Shown: positions 54,710 through 64,000 of the stretch, piece after piece
Numbering within the stretch: position 1 is the stretch's first letter
Layout: each line of letters opens with the position of its first letter
Source: an uncultured Pseudomonadota bacterium
GTDB lineage: Bacteria; Oederibacteriota; Muellerivitia; Muellerivitales; Muellerivitaceae
Reading direction: 5' to 3'
NCBI GenBank assembly: GCA_963770835.1
Contig: CAVYRH010000004.1
Location: forward strand, 416,001-480,000
DNA length: 64,000 nt
The notes under the pieces: model-generated
What the model was told of the DNA's origin: nothing
Databases searched by the model: none
The model's input: only the letters and a program-made list of their open reading frames with translations
Translations under genes and position numbers: made by a program

Positions 54710-56001
54710 GGGCACCTCTAAAAATTCTGTTTGAAGGCTTTACGGTCACCTCAAACCAGTTTGCAACCCTCAACCAAAGGAGTTCGTGGAAATTTTTGGC
54801 CCGGAATCTCCCTTCGGCTACTCCCAGAACCTTTCCTTAGCCCCCAAAGTCTTTAAAATCTATGCGTTCACTGCCTCCGGACGCATTCGTCCCATTAAGT
54901 ACGTAAATCGCTGCATGTTGTAAGCCAGGTTCCGCATTCCTATCTTCATCCGGGCCCTCACCTTGCCCACCACCCTCAACCAGTTTCCACCCATCGCCGT
55001 TTCCATGTGCCCGAACACATGCTCGACTCTCGCCCGAACCTTGGACCGCATCTTGTTCAACTTTTCCTGGAACTCCGTCATGGGATGATTCCGATTCGAC
55101 TTGTAATGAATCTGGTTGTTATATCGCCTGCGCTTCAAGGTCTTGTTCTTCTTCTGTGACCGGTATGCGCTGTCTGCCCACACCTTCTTGCGGTTCTCCA
55201 CGTCCAACAACTCCTCGAAAACCTCCCGGTCGGGTACCGAAGCCGCCGTCACCTCAAACTTCCGGACCAGCTTGTGTTTCTTATCCACGTTGATATGGTT
55301 CTTGTACCCGTAGTGATTCACGCCGTTTTTTTGCACCCATCTCGCATCCACGTCTTTTTGCCTCATCTTATCGGTATCCCCCTTCCACTCCTGAGGTGTT
55401 TCCCCCTTCTTGATCTGGCCGTTTTCGTCTTTGGTGTTCCTCTGCCGGGGCACTTCCACTATCGAAGCATCGATGATCTGCCCTTCCTGGGCCTTCAGCC
55501 CGACCCGATCCAGGTGCCGGTTGAATTTCCCGAACAACTGGTCAATCCAGCCGCCTTGGGCCAGCTTGTTGCGGTATAACCAGATGGTCTTGGCATCCGG
55601 CACATCCTTATCCATACCCAGCCCCAAAAACCTCATGAAACTCAGCCGGTCCTGGATATGGAATTGTGTCCTTTCGTCCGCCAGGTTGTATAGGGCCTGT
55701 AAAACTAGCACCTTGAACATTAGTACTTCATCGTACGGGGTACGCCCCGCCTCGCTTTTGCGTTCCTTATCGCGTAATGCCTTGCGCAACATACTGCGGA
55801 AATCCTCCCAGGGCACTACTCGGTTCAAGGCTTCCAGCGGGTCCCCCATTTCATCCAGGGATTTCAAGCGGTCTTGAAGGTCGAAGAATCCGGTTTGGCC
55901 CATTGCGGCACCTCGTTCAAGGATTTTTCAGCGTTTTCACGCGCTGTTTTCTCCTTGTACCTCCTTCACTTCGTCTCTACAACCAATTTTTAGACGTGCC
56001 C
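54710..56001 (-). mobile_element. IS5-family insertion sequence (1292 bp)
   Basis: 17-bp TIRs GGGCACCTCTAAAAATT / AATTTTTAGACGTGCCC (1 mismatch); 4-bp ATAA direct repeats at 54706-54709 and 56002-56005. Confidence 0.93.
54860..55903 (-). CDS. IS5-family DDE transposase
   Basis: DRLSFMRFLG, VPDAKTIW, IIDASIV, DVDARW, GYKNH, WADSAY, RARVEHVFG. Confidence 0.95.
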   Translation of the reverse strand: MGQTGFFDLQDRLKSLDEMGDPLEALNRVVPWEDFRSMLRKALRDKERKSEAGRTPYDEVLMFKVLVLQALYNLADERTQFHIQDRLSFMRFLGLGMDKDVPDAKTIWLYRNKLAQGGWIDQLFGKFNRHLDRVGLKAQEGQIIDASIVEVPRQRNTKDENGQIKKGETPQEWKGDTDKMRQKDVDARWVQKNGVNHYGYKNHINVDKKHKLVRKFEVTAASVPDREVFEELLDVENRKKVWADSAYRSQKKNKTLKRRRYNNQIHYKSNRNHPMTEFQEKLNKMRSKVRARVEHVFGHMETAMGGNWLRVVGKVRARMKIGMRNLAYNMQRFTYLMGRMRPEAVNA

Positions 56002-56510
56002 ATAAGGGAATTTGGCCCTTTTGGAGATAGCCCCTCCCTAGATAGGCCGGTGTGGGTTCCCCCCTGTCTAAGTGCCCGGACTCCGGGCACCTTCCCCCTT
56101 TGGATGTGGTTTTGAGGGGTAGCATAGGGGTAAGTTCCCCTATGAGCGCCTTGCGCTAGGGGGGTATCCGGTCCAAGTGGTCAGAGACTGACCACCCCTA
56201 ACCCCATCTGGGCCGCTTTTACCAACGGTTGGTAAAAACCCCCCGCCAATGGTGGGAGGGATGGCCAGCGGCTGGCCATCTTGCCTCCCAGCTCTGGTTT
56301 TGGGGTCTATGGGTATGCTTCCCTAACGAGCGCTTCCTTTTATTATTGTAAAATCAGCCCATGACAATCCCCCAGGGTTACCAACTTACCGGTTTTTTCA
56401 AAAAAACTTTGGATTAAATCCGCTTTTTCCCGTCTAAAGGCTGTGCTATATGACCATTATCCTATTCCAATTATCGCCTAGTGGAGATGATGGCCCCTCG
56501 GGGATTGAAT

Positions 56511-58250
56511 ATGAAAAAAACGCAATTTTATTGGGCGGCCGCTCTTGGGTTGGGTTTAACCGGGGTGATTTTAACCGGCTGTCCCGGCCGCATTAATCCT
56601 CCCACCACCCCCGAACCACCCGGGACGGCGACTTCCACCTTTACGGCGGAGAATAGCCCCTCCATGACCCCTACGGTTACCCTGCCCCCCACCACGCCGA
56701 CAGCGACCCACACGAACGGAACTACGCCTACCGTGACCGAAACAATCACAAGCAGCCCCACTTTATCGGCGACAGTCACATCCCCCAATTCTCCCACCAA
56801 TACCCCGATCCCCACCCCCAGCTTTACGCCGACACCCAGCGAGTCCCCTACTTCAACTCCGACTTCCCCAGCCACGACCACGGCGACCAACACCGTTATT
56901 TCCACGGCTACGAACACAGGGACCAATACGGTCACTTCCACGTGCACGTCCACGGCGACCAACACGGACACTTCCACGGACACGGATACGCCTTCCTATA
57001 CCCCGACGAATACCCCGACTTTAACGCCCACGAATACGGTAACCTCCACGATCACTGACACCGCGGCCTTCACACCTTCCTCTACCCAAACCTATACCCC
57101 CACCATTACCTCCACCCCGACCAATACGGGAACCCCCACTGGAACCCCCACCTGGACCCCGACCCCCACCGGGACTTGGTTTACCTCCACCCCGACCAAC
57201 ACCCCGACCATCACTTATACTTCCACACCCTCCTGGGTGAACGTGGGGAGCGCGGGCTTTTCCGCCGGTGAGGCATCAAGCACCTCCCTGGCCATCAACA
57301 ACGGAACGCCCTACATGGCTTTTGAGGACGGAGGAAACGGCAACCGAGCGACGGTGATGATGTTCAACGGCACTTCCTGGGTAGATGTGGGAAGCCCGGG
57401 GTTTTCCGCCGGTGCGGTTTCCTCTACCTCCCTGGTCATCGACAACGGAACGCCTTACGTGGCCTATGAGGATGCGGCAAACGGCAACAAGGCCACGGTG
57501 ATGATGTTCAACGGCGCTTCTTGGGTGAACGTGGGGAACGCGGGTTTTTCAGCCGGGGGAGCCGCCTACACTTCTTTGGCCCTTTACAACGGGACGCCTT
57601 ACGTGGCTTTTGAGGACCTGGCAAATGGCTATCTGGCGACGGTGATGATGTTCAACGGCACTTCCTGGGTGAACGAGGGGACCGCCGGCTTCTCGGCCAA
57701 CGAAGCCCCCTATACCTCATTGGCCATTTACAACGGCACGCCCTACGTGGCTTTTAACGCGATTTTCGCATTTAGCGACAACGCCACGGTCATGACCTAT
57801 AACGGCACCTCTTGGGCGGATGAGGGGACGGCAGGGTTCTCCGCCGGCAGCGCCTATTTCACCTCATTGGCATTTTCCAACAGTACGCCTTATCTGGCAT
57901 TCGCGGGCGGGTTTGGTGTCGCCAGCCCGGGCAACGCGACGGTGATGATGTTCAACGGCGCTTCCTGGGTGAACGTAGGGAACGCGGGTTTTTCAGCGGG
58001 AGGGGCCGTGTACACCTCCCTGGCCCTTTACAACGGTACGCCCTATGTGGCGTATGGGGATTCCGCGAACGGCAGCAAGGCAACGGTGATGTCTTACAAC
58101 GGCACTTCCTGGGCGAACGTTGGGAATGCGGGATTCTCCGCCGGCGTAGCCTATTACACCTCGCTGGCTTTTTCCGGAAGCACGCCCTACGTGGCTTACT
58201 TGGATGAGGCGAACGGGAACAAGGCGACGGTGATGATGTATCAACAATAG
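56511..58250 (+). CDS. Lipoprotein with Thr/Pro stalk and 7-repeat beta-propeller
   Basis: Lipobox ILTGC; long T/P linker; seven ~48-aa repeats WVNVG.AGFSAG....TSLA..NGTPYVA......ATVMMFNG.S. Confidence 0.85.
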   Translation: MKKTQFYWAAALGLGLTGVILTGCPGRINPPTTPEPPGTATSTFTAENSPSMTPTVTLPPTTPTATHTNGTTPTVTETITSSPTLSATVTSPNSPTNTPIPTPSFTPTPSESPTSTPTSPATTTATNTVISTATNTGTNTVTSTCTSTATNTDTSTDTDTPSYTPTNTPTLTPTNTVTSTITDTAAFTPSSTQTYTPTITSTPTNTGTPTGTPTWTPTPTGTWFTSTPTNTPTITYTSTPSWVNVGSAGFSAGEASSTSLAINNGTPYMAFEDGGNGNRATVMMFNGTSWVDVGSPGFSAGAVSSTSLVIDNGTPYVAYEDAANGNKATVMMFNGASWVNVGNAGFSAGGAAYTSLALYNGTPYVAFEDLANGYLATVMMFNGTSWVNEGTAGFSANEAPYTSLAIYNGTPYVAFNAIFAFSDNATVMTYNGTSWADEGTAGFSAGSAYFTSLAFSNSTPYLAFAGGFGVASPGNATVMMFNGASWVNVGNAGFSAGGAVYTSLALYNGTPYVAYGDSANGSKATVMSYNGTSWANVGNAGFSAGVAYYTSLAFSGSTPYVAYLDEANGNKATVMMYQQ

Positions 58251-58895
58251 ATGGAAATTCCATACTCCATTTAAGATTAAATATTTAGGGTCGGCTTCAC
58301 CCCTTTTTTCCACCCCTTTCCGAAATTTATCCTTTGGGCTGAGTTATCCAAACTTTGATACTGGCGCGGATTATTCCGCGCCTTTTTTATTGTAGAATCA
58401 GCCCGTGAACATTCCGATTTTTTCCGGCGCAACCCGCCCAGGATTTTTTTGTAGTGGGGAATTATCAAGTTGAGAGACTTCGGAATTTTTCCACCCACGG
58501 GGCAGAGGCCTTTCTGCTCGGTTTTGCGCGATTGTTAAAGTTCCTCAACTTCTCCGTGATCGTTATCCGTCCCTAAAAAGCATAAATATTTCTTGTAACT
58601 TTTTGAAATTTTTTTGTAGTTTCATTTCGTCCATCTTTTGTCCGGTCTCGCGTTTACCTTCACTTGGGAAAGAATTTCCATGAAATTTTCTTTCATTCGC
58701 CGTTCCGCAATCTTATCCTGAGCGCGTTCAATTCATTTTTTCTTTTCCACCACCCACAAATTTCTATTCAAAAAAAATTATTCACCCGAAAAAGAAAAAA
58801 GGAGTCGCGCAATAAAAGCGCTTTCCGGTTTTGTTTTTCATTCACGTACCCCATCAGCACCGTTCCGCGCTGTCCATTTTTCAGGAGGCATCTCA

Positions 58896-61800
58896 ATGAA
58901 ATATTCGATCCGGATTTTGGGATTCATCGTTTCTTTATCCTTGCTGGCCCCTTCGATCTCCCCGGCCCAATCCGCTGGAAGGCAACAACTGCATGGCCAT
59001 GTGCCCGACCTGGTTTTGAAAAAAGCCCCATTGTTGGGGCACGTGCCTTCCTCGAAAGTTTTCCACCTGTCCTTCGGGCTTCCCCTGCGTAACACGCAGG
59101 AGCTCCAGGTCCTTGTCCAGCAACTCTACGACCCCAAAAGCCCCCAGTATCGCCATTGGCTTTCGGTGGAGGATTTCACCTCCCGCTTCGGCCCCTCGGC
59201 CTCGGATTACCAGGCGGTCCAGGAATTCGCGAAAGCCCACAACCTCACCGTGGACCGTACCTTCGCCAACCGCATGGTGGTGAGCGTATCTGGCGCGGCG
59301 GGGGACGTGGAGAATGCCTTGAACGTCCAACTCAACCGTTACCAGCGGCCCGACGGGACCGAGTTTTTCTCGCCCGACCGGGAGCCCTCCCTGGACCTGG
59401 CCGCGGCGCTTTCGCACGTCGGCGGGCTGGACAACGCCCACCCGCCCCGCCCCGCCGGCCTTCACCGCGCGGCGGCAAATAAAACCAAGCCGGTAGCGGC
59501 CACTGGTTCGGCGCCGGACGGGAACTATTGGGGGAATGATTTCCGAAACGCCTATTGCCCGGGTGTCACCCTGACCGGCGCGGGGCAGGTGAATGCCATC
59601 ATGAGCTTTGACACCTATTACCCCAGCGACATCCCCGCCTATATCAGCCAGGCGGGAATCGCGGCCAACGCGGCCGCCGTCACCAATCTCTTTTTCGATG
59701 GTTTAAGTCCCAGCGCCACCCCCGTCGTGGAGGAAACCGTCTTGGATATCGAGGACACCCTGGCCGTAGCGCCCGGGCTTGCCCAACTGAGGATGTACAT
59801 GGCGCCTGATACGGTCAGCGGCGACGACCTGCTCAACGCGATCGTCTCGGATAACCTGGCCAAGGTCACCAGCGCCTCCTGGATTTTTGGCGTGGACACG
59901 ACGGAAAGCCAGGATTTGACGGAGATGGAGGCCCAGGGACAGTCCTTTTTCATCGCTTCGGGCGACGATGGCGCCTGGTCCCCCACCTGCAATAACGGTT
60001 TGGCTTGTTCGGAGGACTTGATGAATGAACAACCCAACCTCACCGTGGTGGGTGGCACCGAACTGACGGACAACGGCACGGGCGGAAGCTGGGCCGGCGA
60101 GGTGGCTTGGCCGGGAAGCGCGGGCGGGATTAGCCCCGACCTCCCCATCCCCAGCTACCAGGCGGGCGTGAACATGGGCACCAACGGGGGTTCCACCACC
60201 AACCGGAACATTCCTGATGTGGCCCTAGTGGCAACCAACGTCGAAATTGTCTTCAACGGCAGCCAAGATCCAGTCGGCGGCACGAGCTGCGCCGCGCCCC
60301 TTTGGAACGGCTTCACCGCGCTCGTCAACCAGCAGGCCGCGCTCCAGGGGAACCCCCCGGTGGGCTTCGTCAACCCCGCCTTGTACCAGATCGGAGAGGG
60401 ATCCCATTACGGTTTTGATCTCCACGATATCCAGTCCGGGAACAACCCCGGCATCAACAACGCGACCGGTAACAACGCCGTGCCGGGTTACGACCTGGTC
60501 ACGGGCTGGGGATCTCCCGCCGGGCAATTCCTGATCGACGACCTGGCCAGGGTGGCCTTTCCCACGCCGACCATGACCCCCACCCCCACTCCCACGCCCC
60601 CCTGCACCACCCAGATTTCCCTTCAACTGCTGGAATTCACTTCCTGCTCTTCCTCCACGCCGTCGGAAACCTTCGAGGTCATCAACAACGGCGCCGCCGT
60701 CATCAACCTTTCCGACGTCGTGATCAAGTACTGGGCGGACGACACCACGGGACAAGCCCTAGTGGGCTCGGTGAATTACGGCGGCTGTTACGGCTTCGAC
60801 TGCGCGTCGGCCATGACCGGAGTGGTGGTTACGGCCACCAATTTCTCGCCTGCCTGCGGACCCGATCCCACGAACCAGGCCAACTGGGAAATGGCCATCT
60901 CCAACACCAGCACCGGCCAGCTGGGCCAAGGCCAGACCTGGGGCAACCTGCAGATCCAAACCCACTTGTCCAATTACGGCGCTTTGTCACCGGGCACGGC
61001 CGATTGGTACAGCCCCTGCAACGTGGGAGGCGGGACCACCTACACCGACGACATCCATTACGCGCTCTATTACCAGGGAAACCTGGTGACGACCTCGGGC
61101 GGCGCACCGCCTTCCTGCAGGCCCTATTGCACCCCGGGCACCCTCACGCCGGGCCTGACGCCCTCGCCCACCAACACCCCGACCCGTTCGATGACGCCGA
61201 CTGCTACGTCGTCACCTACGCTCACGGTGACCCGGACGCCCACGGCTAGCGCGACAGCCTCCCGGACCCCTACCGCCTCATTTACGACGACCGAGACGCC
61301 GAGCCTGACCGCGACGGCTTCCCCCGCGCACACGGCGACCTTTACGCCCACCGGCGTGCTTGGCACGGCCACTTCCACACCCACGGGGACGCGTACTTCG
61401 ACAGCCACGGCCACGCCCAGCTTGACCGTTACGGCCTCGCCCACGGCGACCGTCAGTACGACGGCTACTTTCACCCCCACTCGTCCAGCCGGAACCGCTA
61501 CTTCCACGCCCACGAGGACCGCCTCCTCCACGGCCACGGCGAGCCCCACCGGCACCCGTGCCACGACGGCGACGCCGTCTAATACTCCTTCGGGGACTGC
61601 GTCTTCCACGCCTACGAGGACCGTTACCTTAACGGCCACGGCGACGATCACCCCGACCACCACTCCCTCGCCCACCTCCACTCCGGCGGTGACAGCAACT
61701 CCCACCGCCACGGGCGGGACCGCCTGCGGCACCAGTTCCCTGGACCTCCAATTGGAGGAATTCGGTGCCTGCGGCTCCAACCAGAACCAAGAGACCTTCG

Positions 61801-62621
61801 AGGTCATCAACAAGGGGACCTCGGCGGTGACCTTGTCCGATATCACCATCAAGTTCTGGGCAGACGACACGACCGGTACGGCCATGGTCGGAGCCGTCAA
61901 TTACGGCGGCTGTTTCGGCCAAACCTGCACGGCCGTGACCGGAACGGCTATCAACACGTTGAATTTCTCACCCGCTTGCGGGCCCAGCAACACCCAGCAA
62001 GCCAATTGGGAAATCACCCTCTCCAACACCGATACGGCCACCCTGGGGGCGGGAATCACATGGGCCAACCTCCAGACGGCGGTCCATCTCTCGAGTTTTG
62101 CCAACTTCTCACCTGGGACCGGCTTCTGGTATAGCCCCTGTAACGTGGGGAGCGGCTCGACCTACACCAACAACCTCAATTACGCGTTGTACGTGAGGGG
62201 CGACCTGGTGACGGCCTCGGGCGGCGTGCCGCCTTCCTGCCGGCCCCTGCCTACCTGCACGCCTTCCGGCGCGGTAGTCCGATCCCTCGACCTTGCCCTT
62301 CACGGGGAAACCCCCACGCCTTCGGCGGTCGCGAAACGCGGAACGGGATTATCGGTGGTGGCGGCGCCCAATATCTCACGGGACGGCCAACCTATCCGGT
62401 TCCAGGTCACCTTGGGACAATTCTCACCCCTTGAGTTGGATCTTTTCAGCTTGACCGGAGAAAAGGTTTTTGAGGCCCAGGCCCAGGGGGAAGCCGGGTC
62501 CAACACCATCACTTGGGAATTGACGAACAGCTTGGGAGAGAACATGGCCAGCGGTCTTTACATCTATATCGTGCGGGCCGGCGATTCGATCCAGACCGGG
62601 AAAGTCGTCGTGATTCATTAA
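58896..62621 (+). CDS. Sedolisin (S53) peptidase with two CBM3-like domains and a C-terminal FlgD-Ig/T9SS-like domain
   Basis: Pro-domain (DPKSPQYRHWLS); catalytic E-xxx-D (ETVLD), SGD, GGTS; Ca-site GYDLVTGWGSP; duplicated FEVIN.G...LSD..IK(Y/F)W domains; terminal ASGLYIY...KVVVIH. Confidence 0.9.
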   Translation: MKYSIRILGFIVSLSLLAPSISPAQSAGRQQLHGHVPDLVLKKAPLLGHVPSSKVFHLSFGLPLRNTQELQVLVQQLYDPKSPQYRHWLSVEDFTSRFGPSASDYQAVQEFAKAHNLTVDRTFANRMVVSVSGAAGDVENALNVQLNRYQRPDGTEFFSPDREPSLDLAAALSHVGGLDNAHPPRPAGLHRAAANKTKPVAATGSAPDGNYWGNDFRNAYCPGVTLTGAGQVNAIMSFDTYYPSDIPAYISQAGIAANAAAVTNLFFDGLSPSATPVVEETVLDIEDTLAVAPGLAQLRMYMAPDTVSGDDLLNAIVSDNLAKVTSASWIFGVDTTESQDLTEMEAQGQSFFIASGDDGAWSPTCNNGLACSEDLMNEQPNLTVVGGTELTDNGTGGSWAGEVAWPGSAGGISPDLPIPSYQAGVNMGTNGGSTTNRNIPDVALVATNVEIVFNGSQDPVGGTSCAAPLWNGFTALVNQQAALQGNPPVGFVNPALYQIGEGSHYGFDLHDIQSGNNPGINNATGNNAVPGYDLVTGWGSPAGQFLIDDLARVAFPTPTMTPTPTPTPPCTTQISLQLLEFTSCSSSTPSETFEVINNGAAVINLSDVVIKYWADDTTGQALVGSVNYGGCYGFDCASAMTGVVVTATNFSPACGPDPTNQANWEMAISNTSTGQLGQGQTWGNLQIQTHLSNYGALSPGTADWYSPCNVGGGTTYTDDIHYALYYQGNLVTTSGGAPPSCRPYCTPGTLTPGLTPSPTNTPTRSMTPTATSSPTLTVTRTPTASATASRTPTASFTTTETPSLTATASPAHTATFTPTGVLGTATSTPTGTRTSTATATPSLTVTASPTATVSTTATFTPTRPAGTATSTPTRTASSTATASPTGTRATTATPSNTPSGTASSTPTRTVTLTATATITPTTTPSPTSTPAVTATPTATGGTACGTSSLDLQLEEFGACGSNQNQETFEVINKGTSAVTLSDITIKFWADDTTGTAMVGAVNYGGCFGQTCTAVTGTAINTLNFSPACGPSNTQQANWEITLSNTDTATLGAGITWANLQTAVHLSSFANFSPGTGFWYSPCNVGSGSTYTNNLNYALYVRGDLVTASGGVPPSCRPLPTCTPSGAVVRSLDLALHGETPTPSAVAKRGTGLSVVAAPNISRDGQPIRFQVTLGQFSPLELDLFSLTGEKVFEAQAQGEAGSNTITWELTNSLGENMASGLYIYIVRAGDSIQTGKVVVIH

Positions 62622-62683
62622 GGGCTGACGAAGAGGTTAACAAAGCCGTATCCAGTCATTTCATTTGCGACTAAGGAGGGTTT

Positions 62684-64000
62684 ATGTTCCGCAAGAAAAC
62701 TTTTCCGTGGGTTACGTTCCTTTTCGTTTCGATCATCATTTATGGCCTAGGCCTTTTCCCTTCCGCGGCCCAAAACGCTCCGGCCGGGATGAAGGTATTA
62801 CGCGGCCACGTGCCGGAAGCTGTGACGACGGCACCAATGGTGGGAAGCCTTCCCGCCGCTCAATCCTTAAGGCTTGCCATCGGCCTTCCCCTTCGCGACC
62901 CCCAAGGACTCCAGGATTTCCTCAAGCAGGCCTATGACCCCCATAGCCCCCTCTACCGGCGCTTCCTCACGCCCGATGAGTTCACCGCCCGCTTCGCGCC
63001 AACCCAGGCCGATTACCAGGCCGTGCTGGATTTCGCCAAGGCCCACAACCTGAGGGTTGCTCAAACCCATTCCAACCGACTGCTTGTGGACGTGGTCGGC
63101 GCGGTTTCGGACATCCAGGGGGCTTTTCAGGTGAACCTCCATAACTATCAAAGGCCGGACGGCAGCCTCTTTCATGCCCCCGACAGTGAACCCTCGGTCG
63201 ATTCGTCCCTTCCCATTGCCCACATCGCCGGGTTGGAAAATTTCCGCCGGGCCCGCAACCACGCGGTGCCCGTTTCCAAGGGGGCCAGGGCCAACGTCGG
63301 CACGGGCCAGGGCGGCCTTTACCAGGGACAGGACCTACGGGACGCCTATTGCAACGGTGTATCCCCCTCCCTCAACGGATCCGGCCAATCCGTGGGGCTT
63401 TTCGAGTTCGACGGCTATTTCCCCTCTGACATCACCCAATACCAAAGCACCTCCACGCCCCCCTTTACCGCCCCCACCCCCACCAAGGTGCTGGTAGGCG
63501 GCTTCAACGGGATTCCGGTCAACGCCAACGGCAACCTGGAAGTGACGCTGGATATCGACATGGTGAACGCCCTGGCCCCGGGGGCCAACGTGGTGGTTTA
63601 CGAGGGCGACCCCAATGGGGATTCGGAAGTGGTGGCCGACGACCTCTTCGAAGCCATGGCCACGCCCCCCCTCTGCAACCAGATTTCCTGTTCCTGGTTC
63701 GAGTTCGGCGACGGAACGGCCGCGAACCTGCTGGCCCAGTTCGCCGCCCAGGGCCAGTCCTTCTTCCTGGCATCGGGTGATTCCGGGGCATTCGGCACGG
63801 GCGACATCTTCTCGGCCGTGCCCCCTCCCGGCTTCATCAGCCCCTTCATCACCGACGTGGGCGGCACCCTTTTGACCACCACCTCGCCCACCGGAACCCC
63901 CACCCCGCCCGCCATCGCCTATACCTCGGAAACGACTTGGAACACGGACTTCGGTGCCAGTGGCGGCGGTGTCTGCACGAACCAGCTTCAGATTCCTCCC
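62684..64000 (+). CDS. Second sedolisin (S53) peptidase, 3'-truncated by window
   Basis: SD AAGGAGG; ATG 62684; translates MFRKK...LRGHVP...GLPLRD...YDPHSPLYRRFL...EVTLDID...ASGDSG...VGGT. Absent from the ORF track because it has no stop inside the window. Confidence 0.88.
   Translation, partial: MFRKKTFPWVTFLFVSIIIYGLGLFPSAAQNAPAGMKVLRGHVPEAVTTAPMVGSLPAAQSLRLAIGLPLRDPQGLQDFLKQAYDPHSPLYRRFLTPDEFTARFAPTQADYQAVLDFAKAHNLRVAQTHSNRLLVDVVGAVSDIQGAFQVNLHNYQRPDGSLFHAPDSEPSVDSSLPIAHIAGLENFRRARNHAVPVSKGARANVGTGQGGLYQGQDLRDAYCNGVSPSLNGSGQSVGLFEFDGYFPSDITQYQSTSTPPFTAPTPTKVLVGGFNGIPVNANGNLEVTLDIDMVNALAPGANVVVYEGDPNGDSEVVADDLFEAMATPPLCNQISCSWFEFGDGTAANLLAQFAAQGQSFFLASGDSGAFGTGDIFSAVPPPGFISPFITDVGGTLLTTTSPTGTPTPPAIAYTSETTWNTDFGASGGGVCTNQLQIPP

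Noticed and set aside
57235..58250. Diversity-generating retroelement TR/VR pair
   Set aside because: The repeats are tandem protein blades, differences are not adenine-specific, and no reverse transcriptase is present.
58251..58895. Riboswitch in the long AT-rich leader of the sedolisin gene
   Set aside because: I could not match any known aptamer consensus by eye; only short TTTTCCACC repeats and one hairpin. An Rfam scan would be needed.

Overview
A GC-rich chromosomal window from a diderm bacterium. It carries many beta-barrel and lipoprotein genes plus Pro/Thr-linker secreted proteins with C-terminal FlgD-Ig/T9SS-like sorting domains; the style suggests a poorly characterised lineage, but taxonomy cannot be fixed from this sequence. 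Left to right: (1) a divergent pair of transglutaminase genes, one fused to a class II GATase-like domain without its catalytic Cys and one fused to a DUF2126 amidoligase; (2) a 139-bp MITE, a GAF-GGDEF gene, gpsA, a VOC protein and an unusual PAP2/IPC-synthase + PPDK-N-like fusion; (3) two paralogous outer-membrane barrels, cysH, a divergent orphan PstS-like gene, zwf-opcA-pgl, ndh and tkt; (4) a sigma54 two-component cassette next to a secreted 18-aa-repeat protein and a TPR-beta-barrel; (5) perR-like/ahpC, a GT-C glycosyltransferase, a head-to-head crtC-like/GT2 pair and two tRNA-Ser genes; (6) an accessory region with ArsR-SRPBCC x3-DUF899-DUF2182, a degenerate EAL gene, cls and several outer-membrane proteins; (7) an intact IS5-family element inserted into a quasi-periodic array of non-identical palindromes; (8) a 7-bladed beta-propeller lipoprotein and two tandem sedolisin (S53) genes. 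I found no CRISPR array and no rRNA. Two single-base frameshifts may be assembly errors. All family assignments are from motif recognition by eye, without database searches.
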